Below are positions 1-11,900 of a DNA stretch of 64,000 nt, piece after piece; positions within the stretch are counted from its first letter, which is position 1; each line of letters begins with the position of its first letter. Below the pieces are notes generated by a model. That model made no database searches. It was not told where the DNA came from and saw nothing but the letters and a program-made list of their open reading frames with translations. This DNA comes from Entomortierella parvispora E1425. Lineage: Eukaryota > Fungi > Mortierellomycota. The position numbers and the translations under genes are program-made. The stretch is from NCBI GenBank assembly GCA_020891255.1, contig BQFW01000013.1, positions 2,596,026-2,660,025 of the forward strand. The letters are read 5' to 3'.

Positions 1-22
1 CTCGCTTGTGCTGTAGTCTAGC

Positions 23-2322
23 ATGATCTTCTATTCACCCGACCCCGACCCCGTCTACCCCACGGTCGATGTATACCATTATCTGGACTCCAACCCCTGC
101 CTTGTTCCTCCAGGCAAAACTGTCTTTATTGACCCAGAGACTGGTCGCTCTTTGACCTTTGGCCAGTTCTTGCTCGAGACTCGACAGTTTGCGGCTGGTC
201 TGCAAGACTCCTTGGGGTTCCAGGAACGCCAGGTCCTGGCTGTTTACTCTTGCAACCAGGTACGGGTCGTCATTGTGTAACCCAGGTTCGCCCCGATCGT
301 CGTTCCTGAATGGCCACGAGCTAACAAACATTTTTGTGATTTTGTCTGGTAGTACGACTTTGGAATCCCTGTCCTCGGTACTCTTTGCGCTGGTGGTATT
401 GTCACAACCGTCAACCACTCGTATACCCTTGATGAGGTTGTTCACCAGCTTACAGACTCGCAGGCTCGTTACATCGTTACCACGGTGGATCTCCTCCCTA
501 CAGCCACAAAGGCAGCAGAGATTTGCGGGATTGCCCCTGAAGCCATCCTTCTCTTTGGAGATAAGGATGATGCTTCATCAGGAAAGAAGGCCTACAGAAG
601 CATCCTTGGCAAGCGCCTTGCAGAGCCAGCAACCTTGGCAATGGACGACATCGCATACCTCTGCTACTCCAGCGGCACCACCGGTAAGGAATTGATCCGG
701 GGTTGATCTGTCTGTCGGGAACGCTGGTCACAGGTGGATGTGACTAGACTGACCAGGCCATGCGAGGTTTCAAGGCACGCAAGTGTTACAGAGGCAGGAA
801 TACGAAGGAGAAAAGGACAAACGAAGGAAAAAAAAAGGTTTTCTAAACACATTCGCACCCCGCCCTCATGGCAATTCGCCTGTTCCTCAGCAATTCTTCG
901 CTGGGACAATTATTTATATTCGGACTTCGATCGCCGGGAGCAGCTGTCGTCTCTTAGTGGTGGAACTACACCATGGATCACCGATCGCCCTGGGTCACGG
1001 ATGGGCTATATGCAGCAGTGGGTTGGGAGCAATAACAACACTGAGTGCTGACAGATACATTCATCATTACATTACATAGGCAAGAGCAAAGGCGTGATGC
1101 TCACACATGGAAACATCACATCCAACCTTGTGCAGATCATGAGCTATGATGCAGAGGTCATCAAGGAGAAGAACCTGGTCGTTCTCGGATTCCTGCCTCT
1201 CTACCATATCTATGGTCTCATGAATTGTCTTCACATCTCGCTCATCACCGTAAGGACCTTATTTCCCTGCTAGAACACAATCAATGGAGGCATCTACCTC
1301 AATAGACCCCCTGTCCTAACTCTCGTTGACCATCTATCCTTAGGGCACTGAAACTATCATCATGCCAAAATTTGATCTTCCTTCCTTCCTTCAAAACATT
1401 CAGACCTACAAAGTCACCAACACCTTCATCGTGCCCCCAGTGGCTCTAGCGCTTGCCAAGCACCCTATGGTGAAGAACTACGACCTCAGTTCCCTTCGCC
1501 ATATTGCGTGCGGTGCTGCCCCACTGCCCAAGGATCTCTGCCGTATGATCGAGGCTCAGTTGGGCGTTTATTGTCGACAGGGATTTGGAATGACAGAGGC
1601 TTCTCCATTAGTTGCTTGCTTGAGACCCAAAGCGAATGGCCCTGACGGCTCTGTTGGCCCTCTTGTAGCCGGACTGATGGCAAAGGTCGTCGATCCCTCC
1701 ACCGGAAAAGGTACCTAGACCCTTTTCGTTTTTTTGAGGTGCTTCTTTTAGAACAATGGTGAGGCTGACGTTAACTGTTCTATTTGATAATTTAGAGATG
1801 GGGGTTGGTGAGCAAGGCGAGTGGTTGCTAAAGGGCCCCAACGTGATGAAGGGATACTTGAACAACATCGAGGCTACAAAGCACACCATCCGCGAGGACG
1901 GATGGATGCACACCGGTGATATTGTCTACGTTGACGAGAACCACAACTGGTTCGTGGTTGATCGTCTCAAAGAGTTGATCAAGTACAAGGGATTCCAGAT
2001 TCCTGCCGCTGAGCTCGAGGCGCTCCTTCAGACTCATCCCAAGGTTCTCGATGCTGCCGTTATCCCTGCCTATGATGCCAGTCAGGCGACTGAGATTCCC
2101 CGCGCGTATATTGTCCTTCACGATCCAGCCGAGGCCTCTGATGAACTCAAAAAAGACATTGTAGACTTTTTAACTTCCAAGGTTGCACCTCACAAAAAGT
2201 TGCGAGGAGGAGTCGTTTTCACGAACGAGATCCCAAAGTCCGCCTCTGGCAAGATCCTGCGCAAGGACATCGTCAAGTTTGATCGCGAGCAGGAAGCAAA
2301 CCCTCAAAAGGCCCACCTTTGA
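23..2322 (+). CDS. 4-coumarate-CoA ligase/luciferase-like AMP-binding acyl-CoA synthetase, 543 aa, probably peroxisomal
   Basis: Exons 23-259, 353-683, 1080-1249, 1344-1710, 1796-2322 with GT-AG introns (1632 nt, in frame). Motifs YSSGTTG|KSKGV, GFGMTE, GWMHTGD and PKSASGKILR; C-terminal AHL fits PTS1. Confidence 0.9.
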
Positions 2323-2767
2323 AAGAGAAAAGAGATGTTGCTTCAGAGCCGCCACACTTATACCATTTTCTAGGGCGTGCTAGAAAAGAATAAAGATCTT
2401 CCCGCGGAAGACGACACTGAGTTTGCGTAAGCTAAGCCCTTCTTTTGCAACATATTGGAAACGATTTGGAGTGAAATGAGAGCCGCGTTCCACGACACAG
2501 TGAGGACGGCTGGGATGGGTGGATGGGACGATTGGCAGTGCTCACAACAATAATCTCAGCAACAGCAGCAGGGCAAGAAAAAAAACAGAAAAGTGGTTGG
2601 AAAAGGGTACAAATCAAGTCTGGACTGTTGGACGACCATGTCGACACTGACGGTTGTGAGCAATTGCTGTCTCGCTCATTTTTTTTTCTCCTTCCCTTTC
2701 TTTTTTTTCTTTTCTCTTTCTTTGTCCTCACCCCTCCGTCACTTTTCCACCGCTCCTTTTCACCAAC

Positions 2768-4086
2768 ATGGTCAACCATCACAACCACGGCCACCAGCCC
2801 AATGAGACTGATGCTCTTCTTGAGCGCGCCGAAGCCGGCGTTACCCGAGTTCGTTATGAAGCTCGCAGCAAGTGGTCTGGTATCCGCCACAAGGTACTTT
2901 TACTTGGAGTTTTCCCGCCGCTTCAAAGTCGCTTGACCATCACTGCTCCTTACAAGAGACGACGAACAGGAGTGCAACTGATGTGATATTTTGTTGCAAT
3001 GACAAGTCGACTTGAGGACTGACGCTTCATCTCCCGTGTTTATTTGTTTCACCAGTCCAGAAAGGCCTTTGCCGAGTTCCTCGGTACCGCCATCCTGGTT
3101 GCTTTCGGTTCCGGAGCCATTGCCCAGCTTGTCTTCTCGCCCAACAACTCTTGGTTCACCATGTCTCTCGGCTGGGGTCTTGGTTTGACCTTTGGTATCT
3201 ATGTCTCTGGAGGAATCTCTGTAAGTTCAAGTTGGCCAAAAATAACCCCCTCGTTTTCTGTGACTTTTGGTGTTCCTGAGCTATTGCGCCAAAGGACGGT
3301 GCAATGACCTCTTGTCTGTTTGAACTGTATCTGTTTCTGGACAATACGACAAGAAAACCAAGAAACTCGAAAAGTGGCACAATGGATCCCTTCAACCATA
3401 AACGCCCTCATTGTCTTTTCTTCAAACCACATTTCGCGCTTCCCACGCAAATCCGCCACCCCCGCCGCTGAACAACCCGACTGATTTTTTTTTTCTGTCT
3501 CGGTTGCAAAATAATGTAGGGTGGTCATTTGAACCCTGCCGTGACTCTTGCCATGGCTATCTTCCGCGGCTTTGCCTGGGCTGATGTTCTCGTTTACTGG
3601 ATTGCCCAGTTCGCCGGTGCCTTTGCCGGTGCCTTGATCGTCTATATCACCAACTACTCTGCTATCCAGGCTGCCAAGCCCGAGGCCACCGTCGGCATCT
3701 TTGTCACCGGTCTCCAGACCAAGGATGTCACCACCACCGCTGCTTTCATTGCCGAGTTCCTCGGAACCGCTCTTCTTGTTCTCGTCATTCTCTCGACCTC
3801 GGACAAGGGCAACACCCCCGCTGGCAACACCCAGCCCCTCATCATTGGACTCTCGCTCGCCGCCATCGGTACCTCGTTCGGTTATGAGACTGGCTTTGCC
3901 CTCAACCCCGCTCGTGACTTGGCCCCTCGTCTGTTCACCGCTGTTTTCGGCTGGGGCTTTGAGGTCTTCACCCGCCAGGGATGGTACTTCTGGGTCCCAA
4001 TCGTTGCCCCCTTCTTGGGTGCTATCGGTGGTGCCTTCACCTACGATGCTTTGGTCTATGCTGGCCCCAGCCCTCTTAACAACTAA
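2768..4086 (+). CDS. Aquaglyceroporin (MIP family), 285 aa
   Basis: Exons 2768-2893, 3056-3220, 3520-4086. AEFLGT in TM1, GGHLNPA, and second box NPARD typical of aquaglyceroporins. Confidence 0.93.
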
Positions 4087-4529
4087 ACTGGTTATCAATT
4101 GACCCTTTCGTACATAGTAAAATAAACATTTTTTTTCTTTGCCTACTGAGAAGGGTGGTTTATTGTCATTTATTATTTTCGTTCCGTTGAGACAGATGGA
4201 GAGCTCTTCGAAAACTTTCCAGGATGATAGTCTGCTAGAGCATCGTTTCAGCACCATGAAAACCACTCCATGCCAAAGTTTGTTTGCGCGCCACAAAAAG
4301 AAAGAAAAAAAAGGGAGACGCGAATTGTTCGCGTTTTTTGCACCACCGTTCAGGATCATGCGAATCACCGTTATATCAGTCCGTTCAGCCGTCAATCATA
4401 AAAACAACAGCTAATATCAACCAGCGTTTGATGACGGTGCACCACCGATGCCTTAGCCAAAGATCATCATAAATGGAGGGTCATCATTTTCATAGTGAAA
4501 ACCATTTCTAGGTCCCTGAACAACTCTGC

Positions 4530-4537
4530 TATAAAAA
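4530..4537 (+). promoter_or_regulatory. Candidate TATA box
   Basis: TATAAAAA about 120 bp upstream of the ATG at 4651. Confidence 0.35.
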
Positions 4538-4650
4538 CCAAAGCCTGTCACCTCAAAGTAGCCAGGTACTCGACTGTCCACTGCTCAACTCTCACCCATA
4601 ATCACCATACCAGAGACCCAACAGACAACAGCAAAGCAACCCTCTCCTCA

Positions 4651-5100
4651 ATGGCTCCCCGCAAGGTTATCCTCTTGTTGACGGTCACTCTCCTGGCCAC
4701 CGCTCTTTTCAATGTCTCGTATGCAGCTCCGGTCTCTTCTGAGGTCACGTCCCTATCCAAGCGTGGAGACGATTGCGACGACGACTGCGATGACGACTGT
4801 GACGACGATAGCGACGACGATGATGACTGTGATGATGATTGTGATGATTGTGACGACAACCACCACCACAAAGGCAACGGCGTTCGCATTGTTCGTGTCC
4901 CAAAACCTTTCCCTGTGCCCTCTCCTTTCCCAGTCCCAGCTCCTGTGCCCGTTCCAGCTCCAATCCCAGTTCCAGCTCCAGGTCCTATTCCTGGCGGCTT
5001 TGCAGGCCCTGTAGGTGCGTTTGGCGGCGCGCCCTTTGGTGGACCCCTTGGCGGACCCCTCGGCGGACCCATTGGACCCGGTGGACCCGGCCCTTTCTAG
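4651..5100 (+). CDS. Secreted 149-aa protein: signal peptide, KR site, (CDDD)-type Asp/Cys repeat, HHH, Pro-Val and Gly-Pro-rich tail
   Basis: Intronless ORF from MAPRKVILLL; hydrophobic leader; SKR/GDDCDDDCDDDCDDDSDDDDDCDDDCDDCDDNHHH. Confidence 0.75.
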   Translation: MAPRKVILLLTVTLLATALFNVSYAAPVSSEVTSLSKRGDDCDDDCDDDCDDDSDDDDDCDDDCDDCDDNHHHKGNGVRIVRVPKPFPVPSPFPVPAPVPVPAPIPVPAPGPIPGGFAGPVGAFGGAPFGGPLGGPLGGPIGPGGPGPF

Positions 5101-5403
5101 AGGCGCAGCCAGTTTTTTTAGATCGACTGACCACTTTCCCGATCCGACATTAATCCACGCTACCTTGACTTTTCAGTCTGCAGTTCTACGCTTAGTGCCT
5201 ACATGAAGACGTAATAAAGAAGAAAACAGAAGCAAAGAGAAGTGGGCGCAGCTCCGCTGGGGCACAGAGGATGAGTCGCGATGGATGCATATGAATAGCA
5301 GTCACGTTCTAAGCCACACTCCCGGACCACAATTGAACAAAAAGAGGCACGAACCTTGGTCTCTTGCGGCCTTAGTTCATTATTCATTCCCACCACTCTC
5401 ATC

Positions 5404-8400
5404 ATGGCTACCGTCGTCATTGCCCAGAAGGCTGCCGCGATCCCCTATGGTACTTGCTGACATGATGGCTTGCCTGCTCGATTGATTGCGTACTTACTGG
5501 CAGGAAAACAGACGTGAAATCTGACTTGGGACTGGACTCTGGATCTACTTATCGATGCATGCAGGGATCTGGACAATGCCCACAACGATTCAATCAGTCT
5601 CTTTCGAGACCATCACCGGGAAACATGGAGCGATCCTGAATCTAACAGAGGCGTATTCTTTCTTCCCGCGTCGTCTTCACTAGCGCCCATTGCGCTTGTT
5701 GCTGCTTTGAACAACCCCGCTGTTGCCAAGGTCGAATACAAGAACGTTGCTTCTTTGGCTGAGCACGGTAACGCCACCGTTGCCTTGGTTGCCAATGGGT
5801 AGGTAGCTTTGTTGCCCTTCTCTCTGCTCATCTGACGCTTTTTTTTCAAGTCATCGCGCCTATCCAAAAATCTTGTCATTCTAACATTATGTGCTTTCCA
5901 CATCTACAGAACTACCTTGACTTCCGTCAGCGCCATCTTGCGTTACATTGTCCGCTCGCACAAGAACACTCTCTACGGCGCCAGCGCTGCCTCCACCAGC
6001 TTGGTACTTTCTTGATCCATCAGACATCGCTGTCGTTCACTTCAATTCCCTTGATCGCGCTTTTCTAATTGATCCAGTTTATGCCCGTTGTAGATTGACG
6101 AGTTCATCGACAGAAGCCAGGATATCATCAACTCTACCGACTTCAAGTCCTTGGACGTCATTCTTCAGCAGCTCAACCACCACTTGACCCTTCGCAGCTT
6201 CTTTGTCGGCTACAAGGTCTCCGTGGCTGATATCGCCCTCTGGGGAGCCCTCAAGGCCAACGCCATTTTCTCTCGTCAGCTCAAGACTGGCAAGGATCTT
6301 GGAGTTTATCTCGGACGTTGGTTCAACCACATCTCTGCCCAGGCCTTCGTTGCTGTTGGTCTTGCTGAGTTGGCTAAGGCTGCTGAGAGCACCAAGACTG
6401 TAAGTCCATGGCACCATAACTGATTTGGGCAGGATATCAGGATAATCAAGGGCGACACATTCTTAACATTTAAGTACCAATACTTAACATTTAAGTATCG
6501 CATACTTAACATTCTTAACATTTAAGTATCGCATACTTAACATTCTTAACATTTAAGTATCGAATACTTAACATTCTTAACATTTAAGTATCGAATACTT
6601 AACATTCTTAACGTTTAAGTATCATATACTTAACACACTTACTCTATTGCAATGATAGGCTAAGACTGCTGATCAGGGTTCGTTCGATATCAACTTGGTG
6701 GACGCCGAGATGGGCAAGGTCGTTACTCGTTTCCCCCCAGAGCCCTCTGGTTACCTTCACATTGGACACGCCAAGGCTGCCCTCTTGAACAAATACTTTG
6801 CTGATCAGTACAAGGGACGCTTGATTGTCCGCTTCGACGACACCAACCCCTCCAAGGAGAAGGAGGAGTACGAGCACTCTATCAAGGAGGATCTTCTCTT
6901 GATCGGCATCGACACTTCCGTTGTCTCGTATACCTCTGACTACTTTGATCAGATCTACCAGTATGCTCTTACCCTCATCAAGGAGGGCAAGGCCTACTGT
7001 GATACCACTGGACAGGAGCAGATGCGCGCTGAGCGTATGGACGGAATTGCTTCTCAGTGCCGTGATCTCTCTGTTGAGGAGAACTTGCGTCGCTTCGAGG
7101 AGATGAAGAACGCCACCGAGTTTGGCTTGACCTGCTGTCTCCGTGCCAAGATCTCTGTTGACAACCTCAACAAGGCTCTTCGCGACCCTGTCATCTACCG
7201 CTGCAACCTCCTCCCCCACGCCCGTACTGGGTAAGATTTCCAGCCTGCAGTTTTTTCTTGCCGCTTGATTTGTTTCGCTCTTTCTAACCTTGCATCTTCT
7301 TGCACATTCTAGTAACAAGTGGAAGATGTACCCTCTCTACGATCTTGCTTGCCCTGTTGTCGACTCTCTCGAGGGTGTTACTCACGCTCTCCGCACAGAC
7401 GAGTACCATGATCGCAACCCTCAATACCAGTGGTTCCTTGACAACCTCGGTCTTCGCCAGGTCCACATTTGGGAATACAGCCGTCTCAGCTTCGTCTACA
7501 CCTTGATGTCCAAGCGTAAGCTTACCTGGTTTGTTGACCAGGGACGCGTCTCTGGATGGGATGATCCTCGCTTCCCCACCATCCGCGGTATTCTCCGCCG
7601 TGGTCTCACCATGGAGGCCCTCAAGACCTACATTCTCATGCAGGGTGCTTCCACCAACTATATCACCTTGGAGTGGGACAAGCTCTGGGCTGTCAACCGT
7701 AAGCAGATTGACCCCATTGCTCCCCGTCATACCGCCGTCGAGGGCTTGAACAAGGTCAAGGTCACTGTTTCCGGAGCTGATGCCTATAACCTCAAGGAGG
7801 TCCCCCGTCACAAGAAGAACGAGGCTTTGGGCAACAAGAGGACCGCCTATGGCCCCACTCTCTGGATGGACCAGGCTGATTGCAAGGAGCTCGAGGTGAA
7901 CGAGGAGGTCACCTTCATGGACTGGGGTAACGCTTTCATCCGCAAGATCGAGAAGAACGCCGAGGGCATTGTCACCGGTGTTGAGGCTGAGCTTCACTTG
8001 GAGGGTGACTTCAAGAAGACCAAGAAGAAGTTGACCTGGTTGGCCGATGGCCCCGAGCTGGTCCAGGTCGACCTCATGGATTACGATTACCTGATCACCA
8101 AGAAAAAGATTGAGGAGGAGGATGAGCTCAAGGATCTCTTGACCCCTGTCAGTGAGTTCAAGACCCAGGCCGTCGCTGATGGTAATGTTGCCGAGTTGAA
8201 CAAGGGCGATATCATCCAGTTCGAGCGCAAGGGTTACTACATTGTCGATGCCGTCGCCACTGGCAGCGCCCCTGCCCGTTTGATCTTGATCCCTGACGGC
8301 AAGGTCGCCTCCATTGCCTCCAAGGCTGCCCCTGTCACCATGACCGAGCAGAAGGATGCCAAGGATGCCAAGAAGAAGAAGGAGAAGGGTGCCCCTGCCG

Positions 8401-8708
8401 CTGCCGCTGCTGCCCCCGCCGTCTCGGGCAAGAAGGCCAAGGCTGCTGCCCATGCTGCTGCCAGCAAGCCCGCCCCTAGCTGGACTGGTCCCGGCCCCAA
8501 GCCTGAGGAGATTGTCGAGTTGGAGGCCAAGATTGATGCCCAGGGATTGAAGGTCCGTCAGCTCAAGACCGACAAGGCTGATGCTGACCAGGTCAAGGAG
8601 GCCGTTGATGAGCTCCTCTCCCTCAAGAAGCAGCTCCCTATCCGCATTGAGGCTCTTCAGTCCTTGGCTGCTGCCGCCTCTGCTGCCGCCGACAGTTTCA
8701 GCTTGTAA
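5404..8708 (+). CDS. GUS1: Cytoplasmic glutamyl-tRNA synthetase, 842 aa, with N-terminal GST-like and C-terminal WHEP-like domains
   Basis: Exons 5404-5449, 5684-5798, 5910-6003, 6094-6399, 6659-7230, 7313-8708 (2529 nt). TRFPPEPSGYLHIGH (HIGH), LMSKRKL (KMSKS-like), GWDDPRFPTIRG and FERKGYY. Confidence 0.95.
6457..6635. repeat. Intronic 31-bp AT-rich minisatellite, six palindromic units
   Basis: Unit acattcttaacatttaagtatcgcatactta; contains TAAGTAT-nnn-ATACTTA. Confidence 0.9.
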
Positions 8709-8940
8709 ACAAACCCCACCCAAAACGTCTTTTTTGACGTGCAGGACCCCATTGAAATGCCACATTATTAAAGGTGAAATTTTTTTATTAAGGATAAGAA
8801 TGGGATATATGGTACAAAAGGGTGGCTTTATGAAAGGGGAAAAGAAATGAAGTGAATGAAGAAGGGTATGGACAAAGATCGTAGCAAATGGGTGGTGTTT
8901 TTTCTCTTTTTTTTTTTCCTGTTTTTTGTAGGTTCATAAA

Positions 8941-11900
8941 CTATTCCTCTTCTTCCTGGATCGCGGCAGGCGCGGCTCCAGGGCGCTTGCCCATTGCTAC
9001 TGCCATACTCTGGCGTCGACTCGAGTACGAATCTCTCTTGCCTCCGGCTCCATCATGATCGGCACCACTGGATCCCAGACTCTGATTTCCATGCAAGCCC
9101 GGGCTACCAGGAGGGTTATATCCATGGCTAGTATGATTCGAAGGCACCGAGGCGCCTCCCAATCCTCCCAGTCCGCCTAGAGCCACGCCGCCGTATTCGC
9201 GTTTGGGGAACAATCCAGTGCGGGGTCGAGGGTTGAGTTTCATGGCCGCTGTCGCCTCATAGCCCGCATTCGGGACATTTTGCTGGATACGCAAGAGCTG
9301 CTCCTTTTGAAGTTGCTGAAAGTTTTGTTGTTGTTGAAGCGTCATGTTGGCCATCGATCCTGTACTGTTGCGGTAACCTCGACGTCGTCCTGCAAATGCA
9401 TTGGGGGGTCCGTTTGCAGCGGCCAACGAGGGACCAAAAGATGGAGAGGTGGATCTGGTCTGGCTGGCGCCTTGTCCATTCAAGTTCTTGGGCACGGTGG
9501 GTACATCACCTGGAGGCGTGGTGCCGGGCAATCCTGGTTTTGACAGCCGCTTGGCAGCCAAGGGCTGGAATCCATTAATGACTTTCCGAGGCGTTCCATC
9601 CCGATAGTCCTTGATTTTCGCCTGGTTGGAAAAGTGCTGGTCAAATGACACCAATGGCCGTGATGAAGAGGGTGGGGAGGACGATCCTTGGAATCCTGAA
9701 GACAACTCATCATCATCTAAATCATTACTGATGGATGCTCGGTTGTAGGAAAGGCTGCTCCTTGGAGGAGGGTAGCTTGTCGAGAGTATGCTTATCTTGG
9801 ACTCCTCTAGCAGCACCGAGGCCTTCTCCGGCAGAGGTTCGGATGTCTCCAATGCTTGAACACTAGCTTGAATCATCACATTTTCTTGGGTCGAAGTTGG
9901 AGGTGAAGGAGGAGGCGATGGAATCAAGCTGCATCCATCCGTGAAATCCACTCTAGGCTCGGTATTCTGCTGATGTTGGACAGGATTTTCGCCTTGACGG
10001 GCTGGCGAGGATCGCTGAGCCACATGACTGTCCCAAGCTCCACCTTCAGTACACTCAACCTTTGTCAATGAAGACGAAGCCGATATAGAAGGGGAAATGG
10101 TCAAGTTCTTTTGTACCTTGTCCACACTTGGTTTACGAACGTGGCCGGCAGACTTTGAAAAGCGCTCGCCTTGTCCTTGAGCAGACTCTGCTGATCCATG
10201 AAGGTCTCGAGGCTGTAGAATAGGCAAAGGAACACTCTCTAACAGCCCATCCAGCGAGTTGTTAAGACTCCTTATTGTCCGTGATCCCGATCCATGAGTT
10301 GATGAGCCCTCTTGAATCTTTTCCAAGGTAGGAAGTTCATTGGAGCCGGGCATAGATACACGTTCACTGGAGGTACGGCGACTCATAGAACCCGACCTCG
10401 AAAAATGCTCGTCGTCCTGACTCGTCCTTCCATAGCCATGGCTGGCCCGATCCATTTCGCCGCCACGGCGAGGAAGGGATGGAGAGGCTGAAGGCGAATG
10501 GAATGTAGACTTTGATAGGGAAGTGCGCGAGAGGTTTAGGGACGACTTCCTTGATCCCGATCCAGTATTTTCTAGGGTCAAACCAAAAATATTTCGATCT
10601 CGCATGCTGCCGCTAGTACTGCTCCTACGACTGTCAATACTACTCAGACTGGCGCGCTTGGATGGCTGGGTGGGCGAAGTCGAGGTAGCAGCGCGGGGAC
10701 TGGAGGGTTCAGATCTGTCCTGGCCCATTGTGGTAGAATCATTCGACTTTCGGCCAAGGGAGGCAGCCGTGATACTGGTCCTACTGGTAGTACGCTTCTT
10801 TGGGCGACTTTCGTCTTGAAGAACCACCCCGTCACCAAAAGTTGCAGGGTCATCTGAAGAAGCATCCTTTCTTTCCTTTGAATGAGGCATCGTCGTCTCT
10901 GAAGAATCTGCCAGTGATATGCTGTTGCGTTTGCTGTCCTTGCTTTCCTTGCGCGAGTGTCCACTTGAACGGGGTTTTTGGTCTCGCGTTGATTCATCAT
11001 GGACTAGCGTAGGAATCCAAGTTGGATGTTGCGCAAGTGGAGAAGAGGGAACAGATTTCGAGGGCTTGAAGGGCGAGAACGCTGTCATCAACGAAGGCAT
11101 GGCCGTTTTGGACGATTTGATGGACGCCTTGCGAGCTACCGGGCCACCCTTTATAGGGATCTCCACAGGATGGGACCGAGAGCCGTTGTTCATAACTGAA
11201 GGGATTTGTAATGACGGCGTGCTATTCAGTGTATCGTCTGGGTTACGTTGGGATTTGTCTCCCTTTTCCTCTCCTTTGTCTATGCCTGGTGTCTTTTTTG
11301 AACTGCTCACTCCAAGCGCCTTCTTCCTGGATCCACTGGACTGCAAATGACCACTGTTTGTAGCTGCTACGGCTGCTGCAACGATATCACTTATTTCATG
11401 CTGATGGCCCCGAGACGCTCTTGCAATCGGGATAGCAGAGGAAAGATGTGGTGACGACGGCGGGGAAGGAGAATGGGCACGTTCCGGTAGAGTTGGCTGG
11501 GCGATCAGAGCTGCAGCGCGGGCAGCCGCAGCCACTGCACGCTGACGCTCTTCTGGCGAAATCTTGGCAGACGAAGGCGACGAGGAAAATGAAGCAAGTC
11601 GTTGACGAATGCTCATACTTGGAGCGGAGCTAGCCAAATTTGCCGTGTTGGAGCCTGCATTGTATGAAGAAGAGGCTGAAGACGAATGTCCTTGACCGTT
11701 TGGTGATTTCCAAATGGGCTGAAAGAAGCTGGCGGGAATGGCGGGTATTTGCGGTCTGGCCTCGTCAGAGGCCGTTGAGGTTGTACTTTTTGATCCAGAA
11801 GACACTGGCACAAAGGAATCCGCTGTTGAATGTGAGCGATTGTTCAGCCGTTTGGGCACCTTGGCAGTGCTTTGTGGAGCAGGGCTTCGATTCAGAACAG

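Noticed and set aside
7284-8765. 493-aa antisense ORF over GluRS (likewise 3199-4395 over the aquaporin and 1828-2121)
   Set aside because: Shadow frames produced by strong sense-strand codon bias; no motifs of their own.
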